Assembly: GCA_963748625.1 (NCBI GenBank)
Contig: CAVVJT010000007.1
Coordinates: 960,001 to 1,024,000 of the forward strand
Length of the DNA: 64,000 nt
DNA from: an uncultured Chloroflexia bacterium
Lineage (GTDB): Bacteria > Chloroflexota > Limnocylindria > Limnocylindrales > CSP1-4
Reading direction: 5' to 3'
The position numbers were made by a program, and so were the translations under genes. This document shows positions 30,131 to 39,849 of this stretch, one piece after another. The stretch's first letter is position 1, and each line of letters starts with the position of its first letter. The notes beneath the pieces are model-generated. The model was not told the DNA's origin. It did no database searches and saw nothing but the letters and a program-made list of their open reading frames with translations.

Positions 30131-30746
30131 CCTGCGGGCCTACTGCTTCCTGGACAGCCTCCAGGCCCAGTACGCCGCGTTCCTGGGCACCGTGGCGCAG
30201 GGCTTCCTGCCGCTGCCGGGCGACGCCTCGCTGTACATCGAAGTCTCGCCGGGCATCGAGATCAACCGCCTGACCGACATCGCGCTCAAGTCCACCAGCG
30301 TGAAGCCAGGCATGCAGATCATCGAGCGGTTCTTCGGCCTGCTCGAGATCCACAGCCCGTCGCAGGCGGAGGTCCGGGCCGCCGGCTCCGCGATCCTGGC
30401 GGAGCTGGGCTTGACCGAATCCGACCGGATCAAGCCGAAGATCCTGTCAAGCCAGATCATCCGCAACATCGACGACCACCAGGCCCAGCTGATCAACCGC
30501 ACCCGGCACGGGCACATGATCATTGGCGGGCAGTCCCTCTACGTCCTCGAGATGGAACCCGCCGCGTACGCGCCGCTGGCCGCCAACGAGGCCGAGAAGG
30601 CCGCTGCCATCAACATCCTCGAGGTCCGCTCGTTCGGCTCCATGGGCCGCGTGTACCTCGGCGGCGAGGAGGCCGACATCGACGTCGGCTGGCGCGCGGC
30701 CGTGGCCGCGATCGAGGGCCTCGACGGCCGCGACGCGAAGGCATAA
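30117..30746 (+). CDS. BMC shell pseudohexamer, permuted dimerising type (BMC-Tdp, CcmP/CsoS1D-like)
   Basis: [57 protein letters not shown]. Confidence 0.92.
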
Positions 30747-30816
30747 CCAACGACGAACCACGCGCTGACCACTCGGCCGGCGCGACAAGCACCAAGGAAC
30801 GGAGAGGGTCCGAACG

Positions 30817-31119
30817 ATGGCAGACGCACTGGGCATGATCGAGGCCCGCGGGTTCGCCGCGGTGGTCGAGGCGGCCGACGCGATGGTCAAGGCCGCCAAG
30901 GTTGACCTGGTCGGCTACGAGAAGACGGGCGGCGGGTACGTGACCGCCGTCGTGCGCGGCGACGTCGCTGCGGTCAAGGCGGCCGTGGAGGCCGGTTCCC
31001 GCTCCGCGGCCAAGGTGGGCGAGGTCGTGGCGACCCACGTGATCGCCCGCCCGCACGCCAACGTGGACCTCGTGCTGCCGCTGGGCCGCATGGACGAGGC
31101 GAAGGCCGAGCTCGGCTAA
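30817..31119 (+). CDS. BMC shell hexamer (BMC-H, PduA/EutM-like)
   Basis: [38 protein letters not shown]. Confidence 0.97.
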   Translation: MADALGMIEARGFAAVVEAADAMVKAAKVDLVGYEKTGGGYVTAVVRGDVAAVKAAVEAGSRSAAKVGEVVATHVIARPHANVDLVLPLGRMDEAKAELG

Positions 31120-31144
31120 GGCCGGAACCGGTCAGGACCCTCAT

Positions 31145-31169
31145 CGGGGGCGGGTGATCCCCGCCCCCG
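31145..31169 (+). terminator. Intra-operon 10-bp GC hairpin after BMC-H
   Basis: cgggggcggg-tgatc-cccgcccccg perfect stem. Confidence 0.6.
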
Positions 31170-31189
31170 GGACCGGCCAGGAGACACCA

Positions 31190-31477
31190 ATGCTTCTCGG
31201 ACGCGTCGCCGGCACCGTCGTGGCGAGCCGCAAGGAGCCCCTCATGGAGGGGTGGCGGCTGCTCGTCGTGCAGCAGCTGGGCGTGGACAACAAGCCGACC
31301 GGTGGGTACGTCGTGGCCACCGATGCCGTGGGCGCGGGGGTGGGCGAGGTCGTCCTGTATGCCTCGGGCTCGTCCGCCCGCCAGACGGAGACGACGAAGG
31401 ACCGGCCCTGCGATGCCGTGATCATGGCGATCGTGGACACGTGGGAAGTCGGCGGCTCGGAGGTCTACCGCAAGTAG
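31190..31477 (+). CDS. BMC vertex pentamer (BMC-P, EutN/CcmL) 1
   Basis: [41 protein letters not shown]. Confidence 0.95.
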   Translation: MLLGRVAGTVVASRKEPLMEGWRLLVVQQLGVDNKPTGGYVVATDAVGAGVGEVVLYASGSSARQTETTKDRPCDAVIMAIVDTWEVGGSEVYRK

Positions 31478-31479
31478 CC

Positions 31480-32934
31480 GTGTACGACGAGCGTGAAGTC
31501 CAGGACGTCATCGAGCGGGTCCGCCGTCGCTACGGCGAGCCGGGTCCGCAGCTCGCACGCCAGGCCGCCGTGCGGGCGGAGCTCGACGCGCCTGCCGGCT
31601 CCGGCCTGGGCGACGGGGTGTTCGCGACCCTCGACCAGGCGGTCGCCGCGGCCGCTTCGGCGTTCCGGTCGCACCGCCTCGATCCGGACCTGCGCAAGGC
31701 GGTGATCGCTGCGGTCCGCGCCGCGGCCCTCGACCAGGCGGAGCAACTCGCCCGCCTCGCCGTGGAGGAGACCGGCCTCGGGCGCGTCGATGACAAGACG
31801 ACGAAGAACCGCCTGGTCGCGGCCAAGACGCCGGGCCCGGAGGATCTCGAAGTGCTCGCGGTCTCCGGCGCCAACGGGATGATGCTCACCGAGTGGGCGC
31901 CGTTCGGCGTGGTCGGGTCCATCTCGCCCGTGACGAACCCCGCGGCCACGGTGATCAACAACGCGATCTCGATCATCTCGGCCGGCAACGCGGTGGTGTT
32001 CAACGCGCACCCATCGGCACGGCGCGTATCCAACGCCACGGTCCGCCTCATCCATCGCGCCATCGTGGGGGCGGGCGGCCCGGCCAACTTCATCACGTCG
32101 GTGGCGGAGCCGACGATCGAGAGCGCTCGCGCGCTGATGGCCCACCCGGACGTCCGCGTCCTGCTCGTGACCGGCGGCCCGGGCGTGGTCCGCGAGGCCC
32201 TCAAGACCGACAAGCGCGCCATCACCGCGGGTCCCGGCAACCCGCCCTGCGTGGTGGACGACACGGCCGACGTGGACAAGGCCGGCGCCGACATCGTGAA
32301 GGGCGCGTCGTTCGACAACAACATCGTCTGCACGGACGAGAAGACGGTGATCTGCGTCGCGTCCGTCGCGGACCGGCTCGTGCGCTCAATGGCCCGTAAC
32401 GGCGCGTATGTCCTCGCCGAGCACGAGCTGCACCGCCTGGAGCGCGTGATCTTCACCGACGACACCCTGGTCCCGGGCAAGCCCGCGCACATCAACACCG
32501 CCTGGGTGGGGCGGGATGCCTCCCGCATCCTCGCGGAGATCGGGGTCCGGCCGTCGGTGGAGCCGAGGATCCTGGTGGCCGAGGTGTCCGTGGACCATCC
32601 GCTGGTCTGGACCGAGCAGATGATGCCGGTGCTGCCCGTGGTCAGGGTCCAGACCGTGGACGCGGCCATCGACCTCGCCGTCCGCTCCGAGCACGGCTTC
32701 CGCCACACGGCGTCCATCCACTCCACCAACGTGGAGACGATCACGCGCATGGCGCGCGCGATGAACTGCTCGATCTTCGTGACCAACGGGCCGAACTTCA
32801 CGGGCCTGGGCGAGGGCGGCGAGGGCTTCGCCACCGTGTCTATCGCCTCCCCGTCCGGCGACGGGATGACCAGACCCCGGACGTTCTCGCGCGAGCGGCG
32901 GATCACCGTCGTTGGCGCGCTGCGGATCGTGTAG
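31480..32934 (+). CDS. CoA-acylating aldehyde dehydrogenase (EutE/PduP family) with N-terminal encapsulation peptide
   Basis: ETGLGRVDDK, PVTNP, VTGGPGVV, AGPGNPP, FDNNIVCTDEK catalytic Cys, EQMMP, EHGFRHTA; N-terminal EREVQDVIERVRRR. Confidence 0.94.
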   Translation: MYDEREVQDVIERVRRRYGEPGPQLARQAAVRAELDAPAGSGLGDGVFATLDQAVAAAASAFRSHRLDPDLRKAVIAAVRAAALDQAEQLARLAVEETGLGRVDDKTTKNRLVAAKTPGPEDLEVLAVSGANGMMLTEWAPFGVVGSISPVTNPAATVINNAISIISAGNAVVFNAHPSARRVSNATVRLIHRAIVGAGGPANFITSVAEPTIESARALMAHPDVRVLLVTGGPGVVREALKTDKRAITAGPGNPPCVVDDTADVDKAGADIVKGASFDNNIVCTDEKTVICVASVADRLVRSMARNGAYVLAEHELHRLERVIFTDDTLVPGKPAHINTAWVGRDASRILAEIGVRPSVEPRILVAEVSVDHPLVWTEQMMPVLPVVRVQTVDAAIDLAVRSEHGFRHTASIHSTNVETITRMARAMNCSIFVTNGPNFTGLGEGGEGFATVSIASPSGDGMTRPRTFSRERRITVVGALRIV

Positions 32935-32936
32935 CG

Positions 32937-33583
32937 ATGGCCGACGTGGAGCCGCCTGGGCGTCCGCGATCGCCGTCGTGCGGAGCTCGCGTCCATCGCC
33001 ATCGGCATCGAAGCCGGGGACGCGATGGTCAAGCGCTCGCCAGTGGACGTGGTGAGGGCAGGGACCATCCACCCGGGCAAGTACCTGGTCCTGGTCGCGG
33101 GCTCCGTGGCGGACGTCGAGGAGGCCTATGCGGCGGGCCTGGCCGTCGGCGAGCCATGCCTCGTGGACACGGTGCTCCTGCCCAACGTGCACGACCAGGT
33201 CGTCGCGGCGCTCCGCGGTGGCCGACGGACGGGTGCCGGCGAGGCGCTCGGCATCGTGGAGACGGCGACGATCGCCGCGATCGTCGAGGCGGCTGATGCT
33301 GGCCTCAAGGGCGCGCAGGTCGAACTGCTGGAGCTGCAGGCTCGGCGACGGGATCGGCGGCAAGGGCTACCTGCTGTTCGACGGGTCCGTGGCGGACGTG
33401 GAGGCGGCGGTGGCCGTGGCGCTCGACCGGGTCGCCGACGGGCTCGCTGGTTCCGTCCCGGGCGGCCGGAACCCGATCGGCCGGGTCATCGCCCAGCTCC
33501 ACCGCGAGATGCGCTCGGAGCTCGAGGCAGCACCGCGCTTCGGCGAGCGCATGGGGCGCGGACCCGCAGGCGGGGAGGCCTAG
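32937..33583 (+). CDS. BMC shell tandem protein (PduT-like BMC-T), split by frameshifts near 32960-32980 and 33337
   Basis: ELASIAIGIEAGDAMVK, PGKYLVLVAGSVADV, ALGIVET...EAADAGLK, then RLGDGIGGKG in the next frame. Confidence 0.85.
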
Positions 33584-33587
33584 GCAG

Positions 33588-33890
33588 ATGCAGCTCGCGC
33601 GCGTGACCGGCACCGTGGTCGCCACCATCAAGGCCGACAACATGGAGGGCATCCGCCTGCTCATCGTCCAGCCGCTGACGCGGGACCTGGCCCCGAACGG
33701 ACAGCCGGTCGTGGCCGCGGACGCGCTCGACACGGCCGGACCCGGGCAGCTCGTCTACATCGTGGCCGCGCGCGAGGCGGCGGAGGCGATGCCCAACCGG
33801 TTCGTGCCGGTGGACCACGCGATCGTGGGGATCGTGGACGCGGTGGAGGACACGTACGGGCCCGCGTCGGGGCGGGGAGCCCAGCCGTGA
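33588..33890 (+). CDS. BMC vertex pentamer (BMC-P) 2
   Basis: MQLARVTGTVVATIK, AGPGQLV, REAA, PVDHAIVGIVD. Confidence 0.93.
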   Translation: MQLARVTGTVVATIKADNMEGIRLLIVQPLTRDLAPNGQPVVAADALDTAGPGQLVYIVAAREAAEAMPNRFVPVDHAIVGIVDAVEDTYGPASGRGAQP

Positions 33891-34168
33891 AGCTCGGGCG
33901 GGTGGTGGGCACCGTCGTGTCCACCGTGAAGGCGCCGATCTTCGAGGGGCGGACGCTGCTGCTAGTTGACCTGCTGGACCCCGACGGGTCCGTGAGCGGC
34001 GGCTACCTGATCGCGATGGACACCGTGGGCGCGGGCGCGGGCGAGACGGTGCTCATCCTCGACGAGGGCGGATCCGCGCGCCAGGTCATCGGCGAGACGG
34101 GCGGCGGGCCGCTGCGGACGGTGATCGTGGGGATCGTGGACGCGGTCGAGGGTCCGGCCGCCGTCTGA
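33887..34168 (+). CDS. BMC vertex pentamer (BMC-P) 3
   Basis: MKLGRVVGTVVSTVK, DTVGAGAGETVL, EGGSARQ, IVGIVD. Confidence 0.93.
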   Translation: MKLGRVVGTVVSTVKAPIFEGRTLLLVDLLDPDGSVSGGYLIAMDTVGAGAGETVLILDEGGSARQVIGETGGGPLRTVIVGIVDAVEGPAAV

Positions 34169-34324
34169 CCAGCCCGGGGAGGCGTGGGGCGGGCACCAGG
34201 TTCCCCGGCGGTCACCACCTGGGCACCGGGCCCAGGCCGGGAGGCGATCGCGGCGCGAAGGAGGCGCCGCCGCCGGCAATGGTTTCAGCCCATGGCCACG
34301 AGGACGCGGGAGTATCGTCGTGGA

Positions 34325-35600
34325 ATGACCGAGCCCACCGTCCACCCGGTCGCGGCGCACGGGTTCGACGCCGGCGCCGATGCCTACGAGCGAGCCCGGC
34401 CGACCTATCCGTCGGCTGTCGTAGCCGCGCTCACGGAGCACCTCGGACTGCGGCCGGGACGCGTCGTCCTGGAGCTCGGCGCTGGCACGGGAAAGCTCAC
34501 CCGCCTCCTGGTCACGACCGGGGTCCGCATCCTGGCGCTCGAGCCCGTCGCCAGGGATGCGCGAGCACCTGCGCGCGGCTGGCGCCCGAGGTCGAGCTGC
34601 TCGACGGCACCGCCGAGGCGATCCCCCTCCCGGGCGGCTCGGTCGACGCCGTTGTCGTGGCCCAGGCATTCCACTGGTTCGACCCGGTCCGTGCGCTCTC
34701 GGAGATCCACCGGGTACTGCGGCCAGGCGGCACGCTCGCTCTCGCCTGGAACTTCCGCGACGAGTCGGTGCCCTGGGTGGCCGAGCTCGGGCGGCTGATC
34801 CACGGGCTCGCGGGCGATTCGCCGCGGGCCCGCGGAGGCCGGTGGCGCGGTGACCTCGCGACGGTGGGCCTGTTCGCGCCGTGGACATCCGTGGTGATCC
34901 CGCACACGCAGGTCATGACGCCCGATGACGTGCTCGCGCGGGTCGGCTCGGTGAGCTTCGTGGCAGCGGCGCCGGCGGAGGCCCGGGCAGCGCTCCGAGA
35001 CCAGGTGGCCGCCCTGCTCGCGAGTCATCCGGACACGGCGGGCCGCGCGTCGGTCGAGCTTCCCTACGAGTCGGAGGTGATGTGGGCGGCCCGGCGCACG
35101 CTCGATCCGGGCGCGTCGGGCATCGTCGTCACCGTGCAACCGCAACCACGGTGGGGTGCCGAAGAAGGCCGTGGATGGGGCACGCGTCGGTCAGCTCGGC
35201 CTTGACGGGGACCACCACGCCGAGCCCGAGCCCGTGCACGGCGGCCCCGACCAGGCCGTCTGCCTGTACGCCCAGGAGGCGATCGAACGGGTCCGCGACG
35301 ACGGCCACCAGGCGTTCCCCGGCGCGTACGGCGAGAACCTGGTGCTCCTCGGGATCGACTGGGCGGCGCTCGGACCCGGCGACCGGCTGCACCATCGGGA
35401 CGGGGTCGGACGCGGTACGGCTCGAGCTCACGACACAGGCGGCGCCGTGCCAGACCATCGCCCACTGGTTCAGCGGCCGGCGGATCGCACGGATCAGCGG
35501 GAAGGCGCACCCGGGCGAGGCGCGGTGGTATGCGCGGGTGCTCGGCGAGGGACCGGTGGCGCCGGGGATGCCCGTCCGCCTGGAGCAGCGCCCGGGCTGA
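34325..35600 (+). CDS. Class I SAM methyltransferase fused to a C-terminal MOSC domain (several frameshifts)
   Basis: YERARPTYP, LELGAGTGK, AQAFHWF, VLRPGG; then GGVPK, HGGPDQAVCLY, GENL and PCQTI MOSC motifs; frame changes near 34553, 34570, 35137 and 35390. Confidence 0.75.
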
Positions 35601-35750
35601 GGCCGGTCCGCCGGTCGGCGGGGCGCGGACGCCCGACCATTCCTGGCGCGCGATGTCACTCCCGATGGCTCTTGGCGTCGCATGCGTGGTGCAGGACGAT
35701 CGACCGGCATCACGGGCCGGGGAGGTCCCGGCGAGCAAGGACGGTGTGCG

Positions 35751-37082
35751 ATGCAGGTCGCCTTCGTTGCCATCAGCGGCGTCCGCTCCTCCAACCCGGC
35801 CCTGATGGAGGTGGGCCTCACGCTCCCAGGCTTCGTGGAGCGCAGCGAGGTGATCGCCTCGCTGCCCAGCCTCGGCCTCCTCACCCTGGCCGGGATGACC
35901 CCCGACGACGTTGACGTGACCTACCACGAGGTCCCGGACATCGCGGCGCTCGCGGAGCTTCCGCCGTGCGACGTCGCCGCGATCTCCTCGTACTCGGCAC
36001 AGATCCGGGATGCCTACACCCTCGCCGACCGGTTCCGTGCCGCCGGCGCGAAGGTCGTCCTGGGGGGCCTCCACGTGTCGGCCCTGCGCCACGAGGCGCT
36101 GGAGCATGCCGATGCCGTCGTGCTCGGCGAAGGCGAGTTGGGCTGGCCCGACGTGATGCGCGATCTCCAGCACGGGCGCCTGTCGCACATCTACGCGCCG
36201 GAGGGCCGTGAGTTCGACCTGGCAGACTCGCCGATGCCGCGCTTCGACCTGCTCGACATCGACCGCTACAACCGGCTGACGGTCCAGACCCAGCGGGGCT
36301 GCCCGTGGCGCTGCGAGTTCTGTGCCGCCTCGATGCGGCTGACCCCGCTGTACAAGACGAAGCCCGTGGAGCGCGTGCTGGCCGAGGTGCGCGCCATCAA
36401 GCAGCTGTGGCCGCACCCGTTCATCGAGTTCGCCGACGACAACAGCTTCGTGAGCCGCCGCCACAGCAAGGAGCTCCTCCGGGCGCTCATCCCGGAGCGG
36501 GTCCACTGGTTCAGCGAGTCCGACATCTCGATCGCCGACGACCCCGAGCTGCTCGAGCTCATGCGGGAGTCTGGCTGCCGGGAGCTGCTGATCGGCCTCG
36601 AGAGCCCGACGAGCTCCGGGGTGGACGGCATCGAGCAGCGCCGGAACTGGAAGCTCGGGCGCCAGCCGGACTACCTCGAGGACATCCGGGTGATCCAGGG
36701 CCACGGCATCGCGGTCAACGGCTGCTTCGTCCTCGGGCTCGACGGCGACGGACCGGACGTGTTCGACGCCGTCGAGGCGTTCGTCGCCGCCAGCGGCCAG
36801 TTCGATGTGCAGATCACCGTCATGACCCCGTTCCCGGGGACCCCGCTCTACGAGCGACTCCTCCAGGAGGGCCGGCTGCTGGAGCCGACCGCGTGGGACC
36901 GCTGCAGTCTGTTCGACGTGAACTTCCGGCCACAGCGGATGACGGCCGATGAGCTGCAGGCAGGGCTGCTCGGCCTGGCCCGGCGCCTGTACACGGTCGA
37001 GGAGCGGGACGCCCGGAGGGATCGCTTCTGGGCCCAGCGCCGGGCGCACCGGCGCGAGGTTCGGGTGGAGGTGCACGCATGA
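35751..37082 (+). CDS. Cobalamin-binding radical SAM protein
   Basis: PSLGLLTLA, VVLGGLHVS, GEGE B12-binding domain; RGCPWRCEFC (CX3CX2C); FADDN, IGLES, TPFPGT. Confidence 0.93.
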   Translation: MQVAFVAISGVRSSNPALMEVGLTLPGFVERSEVIASLPSLGLLTLAGMTPDDVDVTYHEVPDIAALAELPPCDVAAISSYSAQIRDAYTLADRFRAAGAKVVLGGLHVSALRHEALEHADAVVLGEGELGWPDVMRDLQHGRLSHIYAPEGREFDLADSPMPRFDLLDIDRYNRLTVQTQRGCPWRCEFCAASMRLTPLYKTKPVERVLAEVRAIKQLWPHPFIEFADDNSFVSRRHSKELLRALIPERVHWFSESDISIADDPELLELMRESGCRELLIGLESPTSSGVDGIEQRRNWKLGRQPDYLEDIRVIQGHGIAVNGCFVLGLDGDGPDVFDAVEAFVAASGQFDVQITVMTPFPGTPLYERLLQEGRLLEPTAWDRCSLFDVNFRPQRMTADELQAGLLGLARRLYTVEERDARRDRFWAQRRAHRREVRVEVHA

Positions 37083-37486
37083 CCGGATCGAGCGCCCACG
37101 GCGTCGCCACCGGGTGGCGCCTCCTGTTCCTCGTCGCGGCGGTGTACGACATCGCCCTGGGGATCGCCTTCATGGTGGCAGGCGAGGCCGTCCTCGACGC
37201 CATCGGCATGGCCGGGCCGCCCCACGTCGCGTACATCCAGCTCGCCGCCGTCTTCGTGGCCGTCCAGGGTGCCAGCTACCTGTTCGCCTGGTGGGATGCG
37301 ATCGCCAACCGGGCGATCGTCTGGGTCGGCGTGATCTACAAGGCCGGCTACACGGGGCTGGCGGCCTGGTACATCGTCCTCGGGCTGATCCCGAGCGTGT
37401 TCTTCATCCCGTGGGCCATCGCCGACCTCGCGTTCCTCGTCGCGTTCCTCGTGTTCCTGCGGCGGCACCCGGGAGCCGCGAGGTGA
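37079..37486 (+). CDS. Small membrane protein (about 4 TM)
   Basis: ATGA-coupled to the radical SAM gene; hydrophobic; AAVYD...GIAF, YK, DLAF pattern. Confidence 0.8.
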   Translation: MTGSSAHGVATGWRLLFLVAAVYDIALGIAFMVAGEAVLDAIGMAGPPHVAYIQLAAVFVAVQGASYLFAWWDAIANRAIVWVGVIYKAGYTGLAAWYIVLGLIPSVFFIPWAIADLAFLVAFLVFLRRHPGAAR

Positions 37487-37986
37487 TCCATCCCGGCGCA
37501 GGGCGGTCCGTTCCGCTGGAGCTCACCGCCGACCCGAGGATGCAGCGACGGGTCCAGCGCCTCACGGTGGTGAGCCTCGTCGCGCTGGGTGCCATCGCGG
37601 TGCTCGCAGCGCTCGGCGGCGCGTCGTGGTTCATCACCGGGCTGCTGGTGGCGGGCTGGGTGCTGATGCCATCCGTCCTCGCGTGGAGCCTGGCGCGGCC
37701 GATGGCGCGCTACCTGCTGGTCGTTCCGGCGACGCTCGTGTCTCTTGCGCTGCTCGCGCTGTCCCTCGGCTGGGCCCAGGGTGCGAGCGGGACGCAGGTG
37801 GGCTGGCTGCTGATCACGGCCGGCGTCCTGCTCGGCGGCACCCTGGGGCTCTGGACCTGGTACCGCGTCCTGCCGGTGCCGCCTGCCTTGGATGATCCCG
37901 TGGCGCCCGGTCGCTGGGCGCTCATCGGCGTCCACGTGGCGCTCGTGCTCGTGGGGCTCGCGGTGCTGGTGGTGCGGCCCGGATAG
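37483..37986 (+). CDS. Membrane protein (about 5 TM)
   Basis: GTGA-coupled to the previous gene; hydrophobic; W-rich WTWYRVLPVP...DDP motif. Confidence 0.75.
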   Translation: MIHPGAGRSVPLELTADPRMQRRVQRLTVVSLVALGAIAVLAALGGASWFITGLLVAGWVLMPSVLAWSLARPMARYLLVVPATLVSLALLALSLGWAQGASGTQVGWLLITAGVLLGGTLGLWTWYRVLPVPPALDDPVAPGRWALIGVHVALVLVGLAVLVVRPG

Positions 37987-38159
37987 GCCTCGGGCGAGCC
38001 GGAGCTTCGCCGCCGGATCCGGATGGCGAGCAACGGATCGCGGGCTCGGCCGCCCTCGTGTCCGGTTGCGTCGATTCCGGGGCTTCCCGTCTGGCAGGCC
38101 AGCGTGGACACTACCAGCCACGGTCCGCCGTTCCCGCGGACCCCACGAGGATCCAGCCC

Positions 38160-39566
38160 ATGCGCCCCGCCCCCGACGTCCTGTCCCCCGCCGGCCTCGC
38201 CTCGCTCCGTGCCGGCGTCACCGGGGAGGTGATCACCCCGGCCGACCCTGCCTACGACGAGGCACGCCAGGTCTGGAACGGGATGATCGACAAGCACCCA
38301 GCGGTGATCGTGCGGGCGGCGGATGATGGCGACGTGGTCGCCGCCCTCGCCCTGGCGCGCTCGACCGGGCTGCCGCTCGCGGTCCGTGGCGGCGGTCACA
38401 ACGTGGCCGGCAACGGCACGGTGGACGGCGGCATCGTGCTCGACATGGGAGGCCGCAACCGGGTCGAGGTGGACGCGCCCGCCGGCCAGGTCCACGTGGA
38501 GGCGGGTGCCACGCTGCACGACGTGGACGCCGCCACGGCGGCGCACGGCCTGGCCGTGCCGATCGGCGTGGTCTCGGGCACGGGGATCGCGGGCTTCACG
38601 CTGGGGGGTGGGGTCGGCTGGCTGACACGCCGGTACGGGCTGACCATCGACAACCTCCTGGCGGCCGACGTGATCCTGCCCGACGGCAGCCCGGTCCGCG
38701 CCGACGCGACGTCCCATCCCGACCTCTTCTGGGCCCTGCGCGGCGGCGGAGGCAACTTCGGGGTGGTCACGTCGTTCACGCTCCGGGCCTACCCCCACGG
38801 CCCCGAGGCGTTCGCCGGCACGCTGGTCTACGAGCGCCCGCGCTGGGGCGAGGCGCTGCGCGCCTGGCGGACGTGGACGGCGACGCTCCCCGACGAGCTC
38901 ACGCCGATCGTCACCTTCATGGTTCCGCCCCCGGACTGGGATCTTGGTGACCGCCCCCTGATGTTCGCCGGCTACGCCTGGGCGGGGCACGATCACGCGG
39001 TGGGCCGGGCGGTGGTGCAGCGCATCGTGGACGCGTGCCCGCCCGACGTCGCCGTGACCGACCCGACGCCGTGGGTGACGTTCCAGTCGTCCTTTGACAC
39101 CGCCATGGCCAAGGGTGTCCGGGCGTACTGGCGCAACGCCTGGTTCGCGGACGATGACGACGCGGTGCTCGATGCGATCGAGGAGGGCTGCGGGGCCCAG
39201 GCCCGGGTCGGCACCGCCGTGGACCTGCACCTGATGGGCGCGGCCTTCGCCCGCGTGCCCGAGGATGCGACCGCGTTCCCCGACCGCTCGGCGCACCTGT
39301 GGCTGAACATCTACGGCTTCTGGAGCGATGCCGAGGATGACGCAGCCAACACCGCCTGGGTGAAGGGCTTCTCGGACGCGGTCCGGCCGCTCGCGATGGA
39401 TCGCCAGTACGTGAACTTCATGGGCCGCGAGGAGGGCGGCGACGCACGGGCCAAGGCCCTCGCCGTGTACGGCCCTGGGAAGCTTGCGCGCCTCGCCTCG
39501 GTGAAGCGCCGGTACGACCCCACGAACCTGCTGCGGATCAACCACAACATCCAGCCGGAGGCCTGA
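38160..39566 (+). CDS. FAD-binding oxidoreductase (berberine-bridge-enzyme-like)
   Basis: YDEARQVWNG, RGGGHN, GFTLGGG, DLFWALRGGGGNFGVVT, YVNF, KRRYDPTN. Confidence 0.93.
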   Translation: MRPAPDVLSPAGLASLRAGVTGEVITPADPAYDEARQVWNGMIDKHPAVIVRAADDGDVVAALALARSTGLPLAVRGGGHNVAGNGTVDGGIVLDMGGRNRVEVDAPAGQVHVEAGATLHDVDAATAAHGLAVPIGVVSGTGIAGFTLGGGVGWLTRRYGLTIDNLLAADVILPDGSPVRADATSHPDLFWALRGGGGNFGVVTSFTLRAYPHGPEAFAGTLVYERPRWGEALRAWRTWTATLPDELTPIVTFMVPPPDWDLGDRPLMFAGYAWAGHDHAVGRAVVQRIVDACPPDVAVTDPTPWVTFQSSFDTAMAKGVRAYWRNAWFADDDDAVLDAIEEGCGAQARVGTAVDLHLMGAAFARVPEDATAFPDRSAHLWLNIYGFWSDAEDDAANTAWVKGFSDAVRPLAMDRQYVNFMGREEGGDARAKALAVYGPGKLARLASVKRRYDPTNLLRINHNIQPEA

Positions 39567-39651
39567 CCCAGCCGCCGCACCGAAGCCGAGCGCCGCCGTA
39601 GTGTCGTCGAACGCGAGCCGCGCTACCCTTCGGCTAACGCACGGAGGAACC

Positions 39652-39849
39652 ATGTCCGACCACCATTCCCCCGATCTCGTCCTCGGCACGACCCGCGAGG
39701 AGCTGATGGTCCAGCACGCCGAGGCCCGCCAGCGCCGCATCGCGGCCGACGGCGGCAGCCCCGAGTGGGAGGCGGCGTCGCATGACGTCGGCCGGATCGA
39801 GATCGAGATCGCCCGCATCGAGCGGGAGATGGACCCGCCGCTGGTCTGA
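39652..39849 (+). CDS. Small hypothetical helical protein (65 aa)
   Basis: GGAGGA RBS; TACCCT -10-like hexamer upstream; charged helical sequence. Confidence 0.7.
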   Translation: MSDHHSPDLVLGTTREELMVQHAEARQRRIAADGGSPEWEAASHDVGRIEIEIARIEREMDPPLV

